The translations under genes and the position numbers were made by a program. This document shows, in pieces, positions 1-9,546 of a stretch of 53,267 nucleotides of DNA. Position 1 is the stretch's first letter, and every line of letters starts with the position of its first letter. A model generated the notes under the pieces. It was given only the letters and a program-made list of their open reading frames with translations, was not told where the DNA came from and ran no database searches. The stretch lies in NCBI GenBank assembly GCA_964620655.1, contig CAZUJW010000007.1, positions 1 through 53,267 on the forward strand, given 5' to 3'. The stretch is from an uncultured Christensenella sp. (GTDB taxonomy: Bacteria; Bacillota; Clostridia; Christensenellales; DTU072).

Positions 1-3
1 TTG

Positions 4-59
4 AACCACCAGCCGGACTGGTGGTTTTCTTTAGACGATTTGATATCGTCTAAAAGAAA
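4..59. repeat. Two adjacent hairpins (REP / IS200-IS605-end-like)
   Basis: AACCACCAG-ccgga-CTGGTGGTT (4-26) followed by TTTAGACGAT..ATCGTCTAAA. Resembles hairpins flanking Y1 (TnpA) transposases in Clostridia, but no transposase is in the window. Confidence 0.4.
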
Positions 60-160
60 CAGGGCACCTATATACTCAGTGTCTTGTTCTTCTTTGGTAA
101 CGGCACCAAACTCCGAAATAGTCTTTACAGACGAATATTCGAGGGTTCGGATTATTACCG

Positions 161-168
161 CTTGGCGG
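161..168 (+). other. Putative attL core CTTGGCGG
   Basis: Identical to 12064-12071. The sequence to its left forms a TCCGAA..TTCGGA hairpin that would follow the tRNA in the empty site. Confidence 0.65.
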
Positions 169-279
169 CACGGGTGAAAGTCAGATTGAATTATTGATAG
201 GAAAAACGATGTGTTTTGTTGTTGAAATTCTTTATTTCAAAGCAATTTAACAAGACCCTTGTACCATTCTTGATAACCT

Positions 280-302
280 TGTCGCAATAAGTAATTGCGG
301 CA
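280..302. promoter_or_regulatory. Imperfect palindrome TGTCGCAAT-N5-ATTGCGGCA
   Basis: 8 of 9 bp form an inverted repeat near the element left end; function unknown. Confidence 0.3.
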
Positions 303-361
303 CAAACAAAGTCGGAACAGCGACAATTAAAATTTGCCATTGCTCCTATTCCTTCTATTTT

Positions 362-402
362 AATCCACTGTTAATAAAAACATAAAATCCAAACAGTGGA
401 TT
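362..402. promoter_or_regulatory. 11-bp perfect inverted repeat, candidate operator
   Basis: AATCCACTGTT-N19-AACAGTGGATT immediately upstream of the -35 box of the HTH/rhuM promoter. Confidence 0.5.
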
Positions 403-407
403 TATGA

Positions 408-436
408 TTGATTTTTTGCGAGTTATATGGTATAAT
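408..436 (+). promoter_or_regulatory. sigmaA promoter
   Basis: TTGATT-17-TATAAT, with TG of an extended -10. Confidence 0.65.
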
Positions 437-471
437 CGGTTAAAGAGTTTTATTTGAGGCGGTGCGATAAG

Positions 472-684
472 ATGAAGGTAAGCTACAAAAAACTATGGAA
501 ACTCCTTATCGATAAGGATATGAAGAAAAAAGATTTGCGGATTGCTACGGGAATAACCACGACGGCACTTGCGAAGCTCGGCAAAAACGAACACGTCAGC
601 ACCGAAATTCTTGCAAGAATCTGCAAAGTTCTGAATTGTGATATCGGAGACATTGTTGAAGTCGTGAACGAGGAGAAAGAATGA
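472..684 (+). CDS. Cro/C1-type (XRE, HTH_26-like) transcriptional regulator
   Basis: MKVSYKKLWKLLIDKDMKKKDL...CDIGDIVE is the typical small clostridial HTH; ATG 472 follows GAGG. Confidence 0.9.
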   Translation: MKVSYKKLWKLLIDKDMKKKDLRIATGITTTALAKLGKNEHVSTEILARICKVLNCDIGDIVEVVNEEKE

Positions 685-1694
685 TGCCGAACGAAATTCA
701 ATTTGTATTATATAATATCGACAAAGAAGATGTAAACGTAAAAGTCGCCATAAAAGACGACACAATCTGGGTTACGCAACGCGGTATGGCGGAGCTTTTT
801 GATTGCTCTGCCGACAATATTTCTTTGCACTTAAAAAACATTTATCAAGACGGAGAATTACAAGAGTCTGCAACTGCCGAGGATTTCTCGGTAGTTCAGA
901 TCGAGGGTTCTCGTCAAGTATCGAGAAATTTAAAGTTTTATAATCTCGACGCCATTATATCCGTCGGATACCGCGTAAACTCTCGTCGCGCCACACAATT
1001 CCGCATCTGGGCGACGAACGTATTGAGGGAATTTATCCAAAAAGGCTTTGTGCTTGACGACGACCGCTTGAAGCAAGGCGAAAGCGTTTTCGGGAAGGAT
1101 TATTTCCGCGAGTTGCTCGAAAGAGTCCGTTCAATCCGCGCGAGCGAGCGCAGAATATGGCAACAAATCACCGATATTTTTGCCGAATGCAGTATAGATT
1201 ACGATAAAAATTCCCCCGTCACGCAAGAATTTTACGCCACCGTGCAAAACAAATTCCATTATGCCATTACGGGACAAACGGCGGCGGAAATTATTTACGA
1301 CAAAGCAGACAGCAAAAAAGACCATATGGGACTTACGACGTGGAAAAACTCCCCCGACGGAAGAATTTTAAAATCCGACGTAACCATAGCCAAAAACTAT
1401 CTCGACGAAAAACAGATACGCAGGCTGGAAAGAACTGTGTCCGGATTTTTCGATTATGTGGAAGATTTAATCGAAGAAGAACGCACCTTTACAATGCGGC
1501 AATTTGCAGAATCCATAAATGCGTTTTTAGAGTTCCGCAAATACAAGATTTTGCAAGGTAAAGGCTCGGTCTCAAAACTCGAAGCCGACAGAAAAGCCGA
1601 ACGGGAGTACGACGCGTTCAACAGAACGCAACAAATAACGTCCGACTTCGACAGACAAGTCAAAAAACTGCTTGACGGCAAAAAAGATGATTAA
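681..1694 (+). CDS. rhuM: RhuM-family (virulence RhuM) DNA-binding protein
   Basis: Motifs W.TQ..MAELF, YNLDAIISVGYRVNS.RATQFR.WAT, GLTTWKNSP.GRILKSDV.IAKNYL. Confidence 0.9.
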   Translation: MMPNEIQFVLYNIDKEDVNVKVAIKDDTIWVTQRGMAELFDCSADNISLHLKNIYQDGELQESATAEDFSVVQIEGSRQVSRNLKFYNLDAIISVGYRVNSRRATQFRIWATNVLREFIQKGFVLDDDRLKQGESVFGKDYFRELLERVRSIRASERRIWQQITDIFAECSIDYDKNSPVTQEFYATVQNKFHYAITGQTAAEIIYDKADSKKDHMGLTTWKNSPDGRILKSDVTIAKNYLDEKQIRRLERTVSGFFDYVEDLIEEERTFTMRQFAESINAFLEFRKYKILQGKGSVSKLEADRKAEREYDAFNRTQQITSDFDRQVKKLLDGKKDD

Positions 1695-1742
1695 TTTTTA
1701 ATACAATCAAATTTATTTAGTAGTAATAAGGAGAAACAGTTT

Positions 1743-3443
1743 ATGCCGACGTTGGAATGGATAGGAAAGGAAAAAGTAATCAATCATCATCAGGACGTGC
1801 CTTTCCGTCTGTTGGATAAAAAATATACGTACAATGCGGAAAACTCCGAAAATATGATTATTCATGGGGACAATCTGCTTGCGCTTAAATCCCTTCTTCC
1901 CGAATACGAAGGGAGGGTTGATTGCATTTACATAGATCCGCCGTATAATACAGGGAAAAAGGAAGGACAATGGGTCTATAGCGACAATGTGAATGACCCA
2001 AGAATTAAAAAATGGATCGGCGAAGTGGTTGGCACAGAAGGCGAAGATTTATCAAGACACGATAAGTGGCTCTGTATGATGTATCCTAGATTAAAACTTT
2101 TACACAAATTGCTGTCTAACAAAGGTGTTATTTTTATTAGTATTGATGACAATGAGTTAGCGAGCCTTAAACTGTGTTGCGATGAAATTTTCGGCTCTAG
2201 TAATTTCATAGGATATCTTTCCGTTGAAATAAACCCAAAAGAAAGAAAAAATTCGGATTATATATCTATTAGCAACGATTATTGTGTTATATACGCTAAA
2301 AATAAAAAAGATACATATTTCTTGGAGAATATTCCTAAGGATAAAAAAGATTTATCTGTTGATGAAAACGGAAATTTAGTTCATAACAGTGGCAAACGTG
2401 TACTAGTCGGTGAAAATTCATTTAATAATATAGTTCAAGATTTTAACTCTAAAAAGCATTATACTGTTTACTATAACGCTGAACAATGTGATATGATATT
2501 AAAAAAAGAAACATCGTTAAGCGAGATGGACGACAAGTTGATATCTAAAGGATATGTGAGATATTGTTCTTACTCCGCTGAAAACTTTGTAGAAAACACT
2601 TATACTGCTGAAAAAATAGTTGAACTGTTTGAAAATAAAGCTTTAGACTTTAAAAATGGGAAAATTTACGAAAAGAATTTTAGCAGTTCTATTAGAATAA
2701 AAAGCATTCTTTCAAATAGAAATTATCAAACTTACGATTCTAATGGAAATATTATAGATTATAAAATAGATGTAAAAACTACTTCGGCTGGACAAGAATT
2801 AAAAGACATTTTTGAAACAACGGCTACGATTTTCAATAATCCTAAAAATAAAGGGTTGATAGAAATTCTAATTTCTTTGATTGACAATAAAAACGCCTTG
2901 GTTTTAGACTCTTTTGGCGGCTCAGGGACAACCGCACATGCTGTTTTAGACTTAAACAAAAAAGGCGGCAATAGAAGATTCATTCTCGTGGAAATGATGG
3001 ACTATGCTGACACCGTTACTGCCGAGAGGGTGAAACGTGTAATTGACGGTTACGGTGAAGGAAATAAAGCGGTTGAAGGATTGGGCGGAGATTTTTCTTA
3101 TTACGAGTTAGGTATGCCCCTTTTCGACGAGGATAAAAATCTGAACGAGGACGTGCCGGAAAAAGAAATCCGCAAGTACGTTTACTATATGGAAACGAAA
3201 CAGCGGATAGAAGCGCATACGGACGACAACGAGTATTTTCTCGGCAAGCACAACGATACGGCGTATTACTTCTACTACGAAAAAGAAAGATTGACCACGT
3301 TAAACGCGGAATTTCTTGCTACCGTAAAGACAAAGGCGACAGGGTATCTGATTTACGCCGATGTGTGCGCGCTTGCAAAAGACATGCTGGACGAATACGG
3401 GATTACATTCAAAAAAATTCCGCGCGACATTAAAAAACTGTAA
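1743..3443 (+). CDS. mod: Type III restriction-modification DNA methyltransferase (Mod)
   Basis: GDNL..LK, IYIDPPYN catalytic motif, VLDSFGGSGTT SAM-binding motif; directly upstream of Res. Confidence 0.9.
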   Translation: MPTLEWIGKEKVINHHQDVPFRLLDKKYTYNAENSENMIIHGDNLLALKSLLPEYEGRVDCIYIDPPYNTGKKEGQWVYSDNVNDPRIKKWIGEVVGTEGEDLSRHDKWLCMMYPRLKLLHKLLSNKGVIFISIDDNELASLKLCCDEIFGSSNFIGYLSVEINPKERKNSDYISISNDYCVIYAKNKKDTYFLENIPKDKKDLSVDENGNLVHNSGKRVLVGENSFNNIVQDFNSKKHYTVYYNAEQCDMILKKETSLSEMDDKLISKGYVRYCSYSAENFVENTYTAEKIVELFENKALDFKNGKIYEKNFSSSIRIKSILSNRNYQTYDSNGNIIDYKIDVKTTSAGQELKDIFETTATIFNNPKNKGLIEILISLIDNKNALVLDSFGGSGTTAHAVLDLNKKGGNRRFILVEMMDYADTVTAERVKRVIDGYGEGNKAVEGLGGDFSYYELGMPLFDEDKNLNEDVPEKEIRKYVYYMETKQRIEAHTDDNEYFLGKHNDTAYYFYYEKERLTTLNAEFLATVKTKATGYLIYADVCALAKDMLDEYGITFKKIPRDIKKL

Positions 3444-3453
3444 GAGGTGGGAT

Positions 3454-6048
3454 ATGGAATTAAAGAATTTTCAGAAACGAGTGATAAACGACCTTAACAG
3501 ATATTGCGAACTCCTGAACGAAACGGACAGTGTTTCGGGCGCGTACAAAGCGTTCTGGGCGGAAAAGAACGTTACGGTAGGTTTCGGAGGTATGCCCTCT
3601 TACAACAATACGATTGAAAACACTCCGCACGTTTGTTTCAAGGTGCCGACGGGCGGCGGAAAAACCTTTCTGGCGTGCAACGCCTTAAAAACCATTTTCG
3701 GCAATTTGCCGAGCAAGAAGGCGCAACTCGTCGTGTGGCTTGTGCCGTCGGAGGCGATTCTGTCGCAGACGTTGAAAAATCTTTCCGATCCTATGCACGA
3801 TTACAGGCGGAAAATCGAAGCGGATTTTAACGGGCGCGTGCAGGTTTACAGCAAACAGCAGGTTTTGGACGGGCAACAATTCAATCCGACGACGGTGAAC
3901 GAACAACTCAGTATCGTCGTTATGAGTTTCGACAGTTTCCGCATAAAGAACAAGGAAGGTCGTAAGGTATATCAGGAAAACGGGAATTTACAGTCCTTTT
4001 CAAAGTTTATCCCCACGCCCGACACTCGTATAAAGGACGTGGACGACACCGCGCTTATTCAGGTATTCAATCAACTTTCGCCCGTAGTTATCGTGGACGA
4101 AAGCCACCATACCACCGGCGAACTCAGTATCGAGATGCTAAAAAATCTCAACCCGAGTTTTATTCTCGACCTTACGGCAACTCCAAGACAAAACAGCAAT
4201 ATTATTTCATACGTAGACGCGGCGCAACTCAAAGCCGAAAATATGGTAAAACTGCCCGTCATCGTGTATAATCGTCCTTCGCAGGAAGAAGTGATTGCCG
4301 ACGCACTGGATTTGAGAAATAAACTGGAAGAAACGGCACGCGCCGAAGCGAGCGGAAGATATATTCGTCCTATCGTGTTGTTTCAGGCGCAACCCAAACA
4401 AGCCGAAAATAAGGAAACGTTTGAAAAACTTAAAAAACGGCTTGTAGATAACGGTATTCCCGAAGAAGAAATCGCCATCAAAACGGCGGAAATAAACGAA
4501 CTGAAAAGCGTAGACTTACAATCGTCCGATTGCAAAATCAAGTACATAATTACTGTAAATGCGCTTAAAGAAGGTTGGGATTGTCCGTTTGCGTATATTC
4601 TCGCAACGCTTGCAAACAAGAAATCTACCGTTGACGTAGAACAGATTTTAGGGCGAGTTCTGCGGTTGCCATATACGCAACAGAATGACAGTAAGTTTTT
4701 GAATTTGTCTTACGTGCTTACCTGCTCCAACGACTTCCATATGACGATTACGAAAGTAATAAAGGGCTTGAACGACGCAGGTTTCAGCGAAAAAGAATAT
4801 CGTATTGCCGAAGAAAAACCGATTGTAACAACGCCGGTACCCGTTCAGGAAAAAGTAGATTTCGTCACGGAAGAAGAATTTTTGCAATTTGACGACGATG
4901 CGTTGAAAGAGATTATCGACCGCAGACAAAATGCGGACGAAACGAACGTAATCGACGCTATGCTCGAAAGCGCGGAGGCAAACAGCGACGCTTATGACAC
5001 CGCATTAAAACAAGCGGAAGCGGAACCCGTAGGCGATTTGCCGTTGGAGGTGAGAAGCAAAGTGAACACATATCCTATTTACGAGCAATTCAGGGAAGAA
5101 GCATTGTCGCTCGAAATCCCGCAGTTTTTTGTTAAAACACCGCCGAGCATTTTTACAATGCTCAATCCCGATGATAAATCTCTTTTGGCAAAAGAAGATT
5201 TGTCGGACGGTTTTATGCTCAAAGACAAGGATGCAACCATAGATTTCGGCTCGGCTTTGGAATCCGTCGTTGAGGTTGACGTTCAAAAGAACGAGCGTCC
5301 GAAATACAGACAACTATCCGAAACGGAAAGCGAATACTTCAAAGGAATGTTGAAGAATTTGCCGCCAGAAAGCCGTGTAAGAAACTGCAAATTGGCGATA
5401 AAAAGTATTCTGGAAAAGACGGACAGCGTTGCGGGAAGTGATTTAACGGCGTATATCAATCGTATCGTCGAAAATATGAACGGCGACGAACTTGTTGCTA
5501 TGGAAAATAATATTTACGGGTATGCGGCGAAAATCAAATCGAAGATTGAAACGCTGCTCCACGAATACCGCAGACAAAAATTCAATCACCTGCTTGAAAC
5601 GGGGCAGATAGAATGTCTGCCGTCGTTCAGATTAAAAAGAGAAATCAATCCGGGAACTCCGTTTGGACTTCTTTCAAAGTCGCTTTATACGTCGGAACAA
5701 GCGATTAATAATTTTGAACGCAAAGTTATCGAAAAAGTATCTGCACTGCCCAACTTCAGGTGGTGGCACAGAAATATGGACAGGCTTGAGTTTTTCATAA
5801 ACGGATTTTTGAACCACTATCCCGATTTTATCGTAATGACAAACAGCGGAAAAGTCGTTATGATAGAAACCAAAGGCGAACATCTTGTATCCAACGATGA
5901 TAGTCGCGCAAAAGCGGAACTCGGTAAAATCTGGCAGGCACAAGCAGGAGGACAGTATCGTTATTATATGGTTGGTGAATACGACGTCGCAAGCAATCCG
6001 AACGCTATATCCCTCGACGAATTATTAAAGATAATGAGCGAGTTGTAA
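3454..6048 (+). CDS. res: Type III restriction endonuclease / helicase subunit (Res)
   Basis: PTGGGKT Walker A, DESHH, LTATP, LKEGWD, QILGRVLR, C-terminal YPDF..IETKG nuclease motif. Start reassigned to ATG 3454 after the GAGGTGG RBS. Confidence 0.9.
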   Translation: MELKNFQKRVINDLNRYCELLNETDSVSGAYKAFWAEKNVTVGFGGMPSYNNTIENTPHVCFKVPTGGGKTFLACNALKTIFGNLPSKKAQLVVWLVPSEAILSQTLKNLSDPMHDYRRKIEADFNGRVQVYSKQQVLDGQQFNPTTVNEQLSIVVMSFDSFRIKNKEGRKVYQENGNLQSFSKFIPTPDTRIKDVDDTALIQVFNQLSPVVIVDESHHTTGELSIEMLKNLNPSFILDLTATPRQNSNIISYVDAAQLKAENMVKLPVIVYNRPSQEEVIADALDLRNKLEETARAEASGRYIRPIVLFQAQPKQAENKETFEKLKKRLVDNGIPEEEIAIKTAEINELKSVDLQSSDCKIKYIITVNALKEGWDCPFAYILATLANKKSTVDVEQILGRVLRLPYTQQNDSKFLNLSYVLTCSNDFHMTITKVIKGLNDAGFSEKEYRIAEEKPIVTTPVPVQEKVDFVTEEEFLQFDDDALKEIIDRRQNADETNVIDAMLESAEANSDAYDTALKQAEAEPVGDLPLEVRSKVNTYPIYEQFREEALSLEIPQFFVKTPPSIFTMLNPDDKSLLAKEDLSDGFMLKDKDATIDFGSALESVVEVDVQKNERPKYRQLSETESEYFKGMLKNLPPESRVRNCKLAIKSILEKTDSVAGSDLTAYINRIVENMNGDELVAMENNIYGYAAKIKSKIETLLHEYRRQKFNHLLETGQIECLPSFRLKREINPGTPFGLLSKSLYTSEQAINNFERKVIEKVSALPNFRWWHRNMDRLEFFINGFLNHYPDFIVMTNSGKVVMIETKGEHLVSNDDSRAKAELGKIWQAQAGGQYRYYMVGEYDVASNPNAISLDELLKIMSEL

Positions 6049-6136
6049 CTGAACAAAGATATTCTTGTTTAGTGTGGTGATCTTTATTGTTTTTTTCGGA
6101 ATAATATGATAAAATAAAATTAGGAGGCGTTCTATA

Positions 6137-7015
6137 ATGAATAACAATAATATTCTTAATAGATTTTTCTCCAGGTCAATCCTTAATGAGATTGTAGTGA
6201 ATGGACACAACACTTGCTATGGAGAAATAATAAAAAGGTATTCCATTGATAAAGACGAAACGAATCAAACTATAATTTCGTCAATCTATTCGGTTTTAGC
6301 ATCTTCTCATCGAAATGAGTATTTTTATAAAAATACACTTTTGAACAATTTGATCATTAAAAAGCATAAATTGTATACAACCAAAGTGCTGACAGAACTG
6401 CCTATTAACAAGTCTATTGCCGATTTTATCACACTTAATGGAAAAGCTGTGGTATACGAAATAAAAACAGAATTAGATAACTTGGATAGAATCGAAGCAC
6501 AAATTCGAGATTATTATAAGTGTTTTCCCTTTGTTTGTATTGTTACTTGTAAAACACATTTGCCCAAAGTTAAGGAATTGTTCGCTAACACTAATGTTGG
6601 CATATATTGGTTTACTAACAGAAATGCTATCAAGGTGGAGCAAGAACCCCAACTGGAAGATTCTTATTTGGAATATGGCGCATTGTTTAAATTGCTACGA
6701 AAATATGAATTTGAAACCATATTGAAGAAAAATTTCCATTCATTGCCAAAAGTATCGCAATTTGATTATTATGCTGAATGCTATAAGTGGTTTATCAAAA
6801 TTGATATTAACAGAGTATTAAAAGATATGCTAGATATTCTAAAGCAACGTTGTATAATACGCGTCGAACAGTTTAATCAAGTTCCATTAGAATTAAAAAT
6901 GTTGGTGTACCAATCTAATTATACTGATAAACAGTATTCTATGCTGGAAACGTTCTTAAATTCAAAATATATCGACGGAGGGCTTGAAAATGTATTTCCC
7001 GTATTTGAGGGGTAG
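6137..7015 (+). CDS. sce7726-family protein, PD-(D/E)xK nuclease-like
   Basis: RNEYFYKN..., EL..NKSIADF...VYEIKTELDNLDR..QI.DY: a D..EIK nuclease-type motif; first gene of a trio. Confidence 0.75.
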   Translation: MNNNNILNRFFSRSILNEIVVNGHNTCYGEIIKRYSIDKDETNQTIISSIYSVLASSHRNEYFYKNTLLNNLIIKKHKLYTTKVLTELPINKSIADFITLNGKAVVYEIKTELDNLDRIEAQIRDYYKCFPFVCIVTCKTHLPKVKELFANTNVGIYWFTNRNAIKVEQEPQLEDSYLEYGALFKLLRKYEFETILKKNFHSLPKVSQFDYYAECYKWFIKIDINRVLKDMLDILKQRCIIRVEQFNQVPLELKMLVYQSNYTDKQYSMLETFLNSKYIDGGLENVFPVFEG

Positions 7016-7913
7016 ACAATTTGAATTGCTTGCAATTCGAGAACTAATCGAACATAACTGTATATCGAATAATATTATACCAATAATAGAACCTGTTAGA
7101 GCTTCTTCTACTTTGTTAAAAACGATTATTCAATGCAAAGAAGCAAAGCAGCATATTGCTTTTATAATAAACCCACATGTCGGATCTTTTTCTAAAGAGT
7201 TTAGAGAATTTGAAAAAAGTAACGAACTTTTAACAGCTATTAAAGATTCAACTATAAAGGCTTGCGTTGTAGATCAATCCATTAACGATCAAGTCAATCG
7301 TCTAACAAAGACCTTTAATTCATCAATAGAGGACTCCTTGTTTGTTTTCGATAAAAAGGATTATATTGAATCATATTTATTGGCCATCAATAATAGCCAC
7401 GCTAAATTCAATCTTATTCCAGATGAAAGGGATTTTCGTAGAAGTATTCGAGATAACAGAGTATTATTAAGTGATGCTTTTGACTCAAAAGATCGTAATT
7501 CTGACTATTCTGATGCGCCAGAATTGTATTCACGAGATCAAATATATTACAAAGAAGATGGGTATATAGGATTTGCGGATTATTCGATAGTAGGAAATAG
7601 GTTTTCGGAAGCAGGTTTTGCTCCATATTGTTTAGTTATACATATTGTTTATTTTGATGAGAAAAATCAATTACTAATTAGACATTTTAAATCATCTTCA
7701 AATGAAGATGCAACCGACCCTGCCAACAAATTTAGAGAAGCCTTACAAAAGTTGCTTTTATGGAATGAGAAACAAAAATTAGATACATATGCGATGCGTC
7801 AATTTAAAAAGATGTATGAAGATGGGGCCTATCCAGGATTAGGGACAATTAAAAAGTTATCATTAATGCACCATATAGAATTGGTAAACAAATTTCTTAA
7901 TGAACCGCTATGA
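6990..7913 (+). CDS. sce7725-family protein (Beta-protein-like)
   Basis: MYFPYLRGRQFELLA.REL, PIIEPV, GFADYSIVG...GFAPY...IH, GLG.IKKLS..HH. Start ATG 6990 follows GGAGG and overlaps the previous gene. Confidence 0.75.
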   Translation: MYFPYLRGRQFELLAIRELIEHNCISNNIIPIIEPVRASSTLLKTIIQCKEAKQHIAFIINPHVGSFSKEFREFEKSNELLTAIKDSTIKACVVDQSINDQVNRLTKTFNSSIEDSLFVFDKKDYIESYLLAINNSHAKFNLIPDERDFRRSIRDNRVLLSDAFDSKDRNSDYSDAPELYSRDQIYYKEDGYIGFADYSIVGNRFSEAGFAPYCLVIHIVYFDEKNQLLIRHFKSSSNEDATDPANKFREALQKLLLWNEKQKLDTYAMRQFKKMYEDGAYPGLGTIKKLSLMHHIELVNKFLNEPL

Positions 7914-8998
7914 AAATATGTAAAAATTGTTTTGCCGATATCGAATTGAAGACCATCGTTTCAAGCCATAGACAAATAGGCGTATGTGATATATGTGGAC
8001 ATGAGGATTATATTTATGACACGACCTTGAATAGTGCATTGATTGATACCATTGACGATTTTATGAATATTTATTCAAAAGCCAATGATGATACTCCTCA
8101 AAAATATAGGATGAACTTAGAAAAGGAACTAATTTATAATTGGAATATCTTTTCGATAAGTTGTGCATACAAAGTAAAGAAGATAGTAGATAGTATATAT
8201 GCATTTTCTGAAGACACAAAAAAGAGATTTGACACTACATTGTTTGATGGAGATGTATATATTCCTTACTTTTTAAATAGTGATTATTTAGAACTGCACT
8301 CTATTATTAAAAATAAACAGTGGGACGAGTTTACATATAGTATAAAACACATAAACAGGTATCACTCAGATATTTTAAACAAAGAACAACTTGATTGTTT
8401 TCTTGATCCACTGGTTATCGATATAAATATTGGTACGCATTTTTATAGGTCGCGCATTTCAGACATCAAAGGGTTTTCTGCTTCTGAAATGGGAATGCCT
8501 CCAACCGAAAGAGCTAGGGCGGGAAGAATAGGAGCGGAAGGAATCCCCTGCTTTTATCTGGCAAACGATGTCGATACATCTATAAAAGAAGTTCGGGCGG
8601 GGGCTTTTGATTATATTACGGTTGCAAAATATAAAGTTAAAAACCCTATTAAGGTTGTTGATTTGAGATTATTAGATCATATTAGTCCTTTTTCAATATC
8701 GGATCCAGCAACCCTTGCGATTAATCGAGAAACGTTATTAAGAATTAAATCTGAAGTAGAAAAACCTGTGCGGCTCATAGAAAACAGTATTGAATATGTT
8801 CCAATTCAGTTTATTTGTGATTACATTAGAAGTAAAGGATATGACGGAATAATTTACAGTAGCACAATGAGTACTACAGGGTACAATCTATCAGCATTCT
8901 CTTCAGAGAATTTCAAATTTGTGAGCAAAGCAGTATATTACATTAAAGATATATCAGTGGTTTCGGAAAAAGCGACAAAACACACAAAAATCGAATAA
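7910..8998 (+). CDS. RES-domain protein with N-terminal Cys/zinc motif
   Basis: CKNC..CDIC N-terminus; FYRSR, GR.GAEGIPCFYLA, EVR, YDGIIYSS carry the R/E/S signature; ATGA overlap with sce7725. Confidence 0.85.
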   Translation: MKICKNCFADIELKTIVSSHRQIGVCDICGHEDYIYDTTLNSALIDTIDDFMNIYSKANDDTPQKYRMNLEKELIYNWNIFSISCAYKVKKIVDSIYAFSEDTKKRFDTTLFDGDVYIPYFLNSDYLELHSIIKNKQWDEFTYSIKHINRYHSDILNKEQLDCFLDPLVIDINIGTHFYRSRISDIKGFSASEMGMPPTERARAGRIGAEGIPCFYLANDVDTSIKEVRAGAFDYITVAKYKVKNPIKVVDLRLLDHISPFSISDPATLAINRETLLRIKSEVEKPVRLIENSIEYVPIQFICDYIRSKGYDGIIYSSTMSTTGYNLSAFSSENFKFVSKAVYYIKDISVVSEKATKHTKIE

Positions 8999-9086
8999 TA
9001 CAGCTATGCTTTTGGGTAAGATTTTTTTATGAGTTTCTCTATTATATATTGACTTAGTTTTTAGAGAAAATCTCAATAACACAAAT

Positions 9087-9122
9087 AAGAAAGTCTGATT
9101 TCGGTCAGTCTTTCTTTTTTTG
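9087..9122 (+). terminator. Rho-independent terminator after the RES gene
   Basis: AAGAAAG-T-CTGA / TCAG-T-CTTTCTT stem plus T tract. Confidence 0.65.
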
Positions 9123-9165
9123 CGTAGTTGTCAAAAAAATTTTTGCAATTTTTTCTTAATAACCT

Positions 9166-9546
9166 TGTAAAACCCATTGTCAAATGTCCTATATAAGTGA
9201 GGGACATTTTTCTTTTGCGAAAAACACGAAGTTTTTGCCCTCTATTGTCCATATAAAGAGAAAAAATCTTTGCCTTAATGAAAAGTTTCCAGTAAACCAT
9301 TAAGTTTCGTACCGAAAATGTCCAATATAAATAGAAGGAGTTTTAAGATTTTTTCTAAAACACCCCGCCAAAAGGTATGGTAAGTGTCCAATTATAGTAG
9401 GAGGATTTTTTGAAAAAGTTCAGTTAAATACCCTAACAAAGAGATGAAAACTTTCCAATATAAATAGAGGATATTTTCAAAAACTTACGAAAAACACCCC
9501 CTCAAACAGGCAAGCAAATGTCCATATATAGTGAACGGAAAAGGAG
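9166..9546 (+). repeat. Degenerate six-unit array, period about 61-73 bp
   Basis: TCC(A)ATATA..AG..G(A)GG cores with TCC at 9187, 9248, 9321, 9387, 9454 and 9521; four are preceded by AAA(C/T)AC 22-23 bp upstream. Confidence 0.7.

Noticed and set aside
191-340. 49-aa minus-strand ORF at the element left end
   Set aside because: No recognisable motif. It overlaps, antisense, the frame that would extend the integrase across attP, so it cannot be supported.
1743-3443. Phase-variable (phasevarion) mod gene
   Set aside because: No simple-sequence repeat tract was seen in the gene or its promoter.
3361-3453. N-terminal extension of Res in the ORF track (likewise 454, 21182, 30259 starts)
   Set aside because: Better RBS-linked starts exist downstream (3454, 472, 21086, 30370), and several of the extensions overlap neighbouring genes.
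9166-9546. CRISPR array (period ~66 bp)
   Set aside because: The repeats are too degenerate, the inter-repeat parts share motifs rather than being unique spacers, and there is no consistent palindrome or cas gene.
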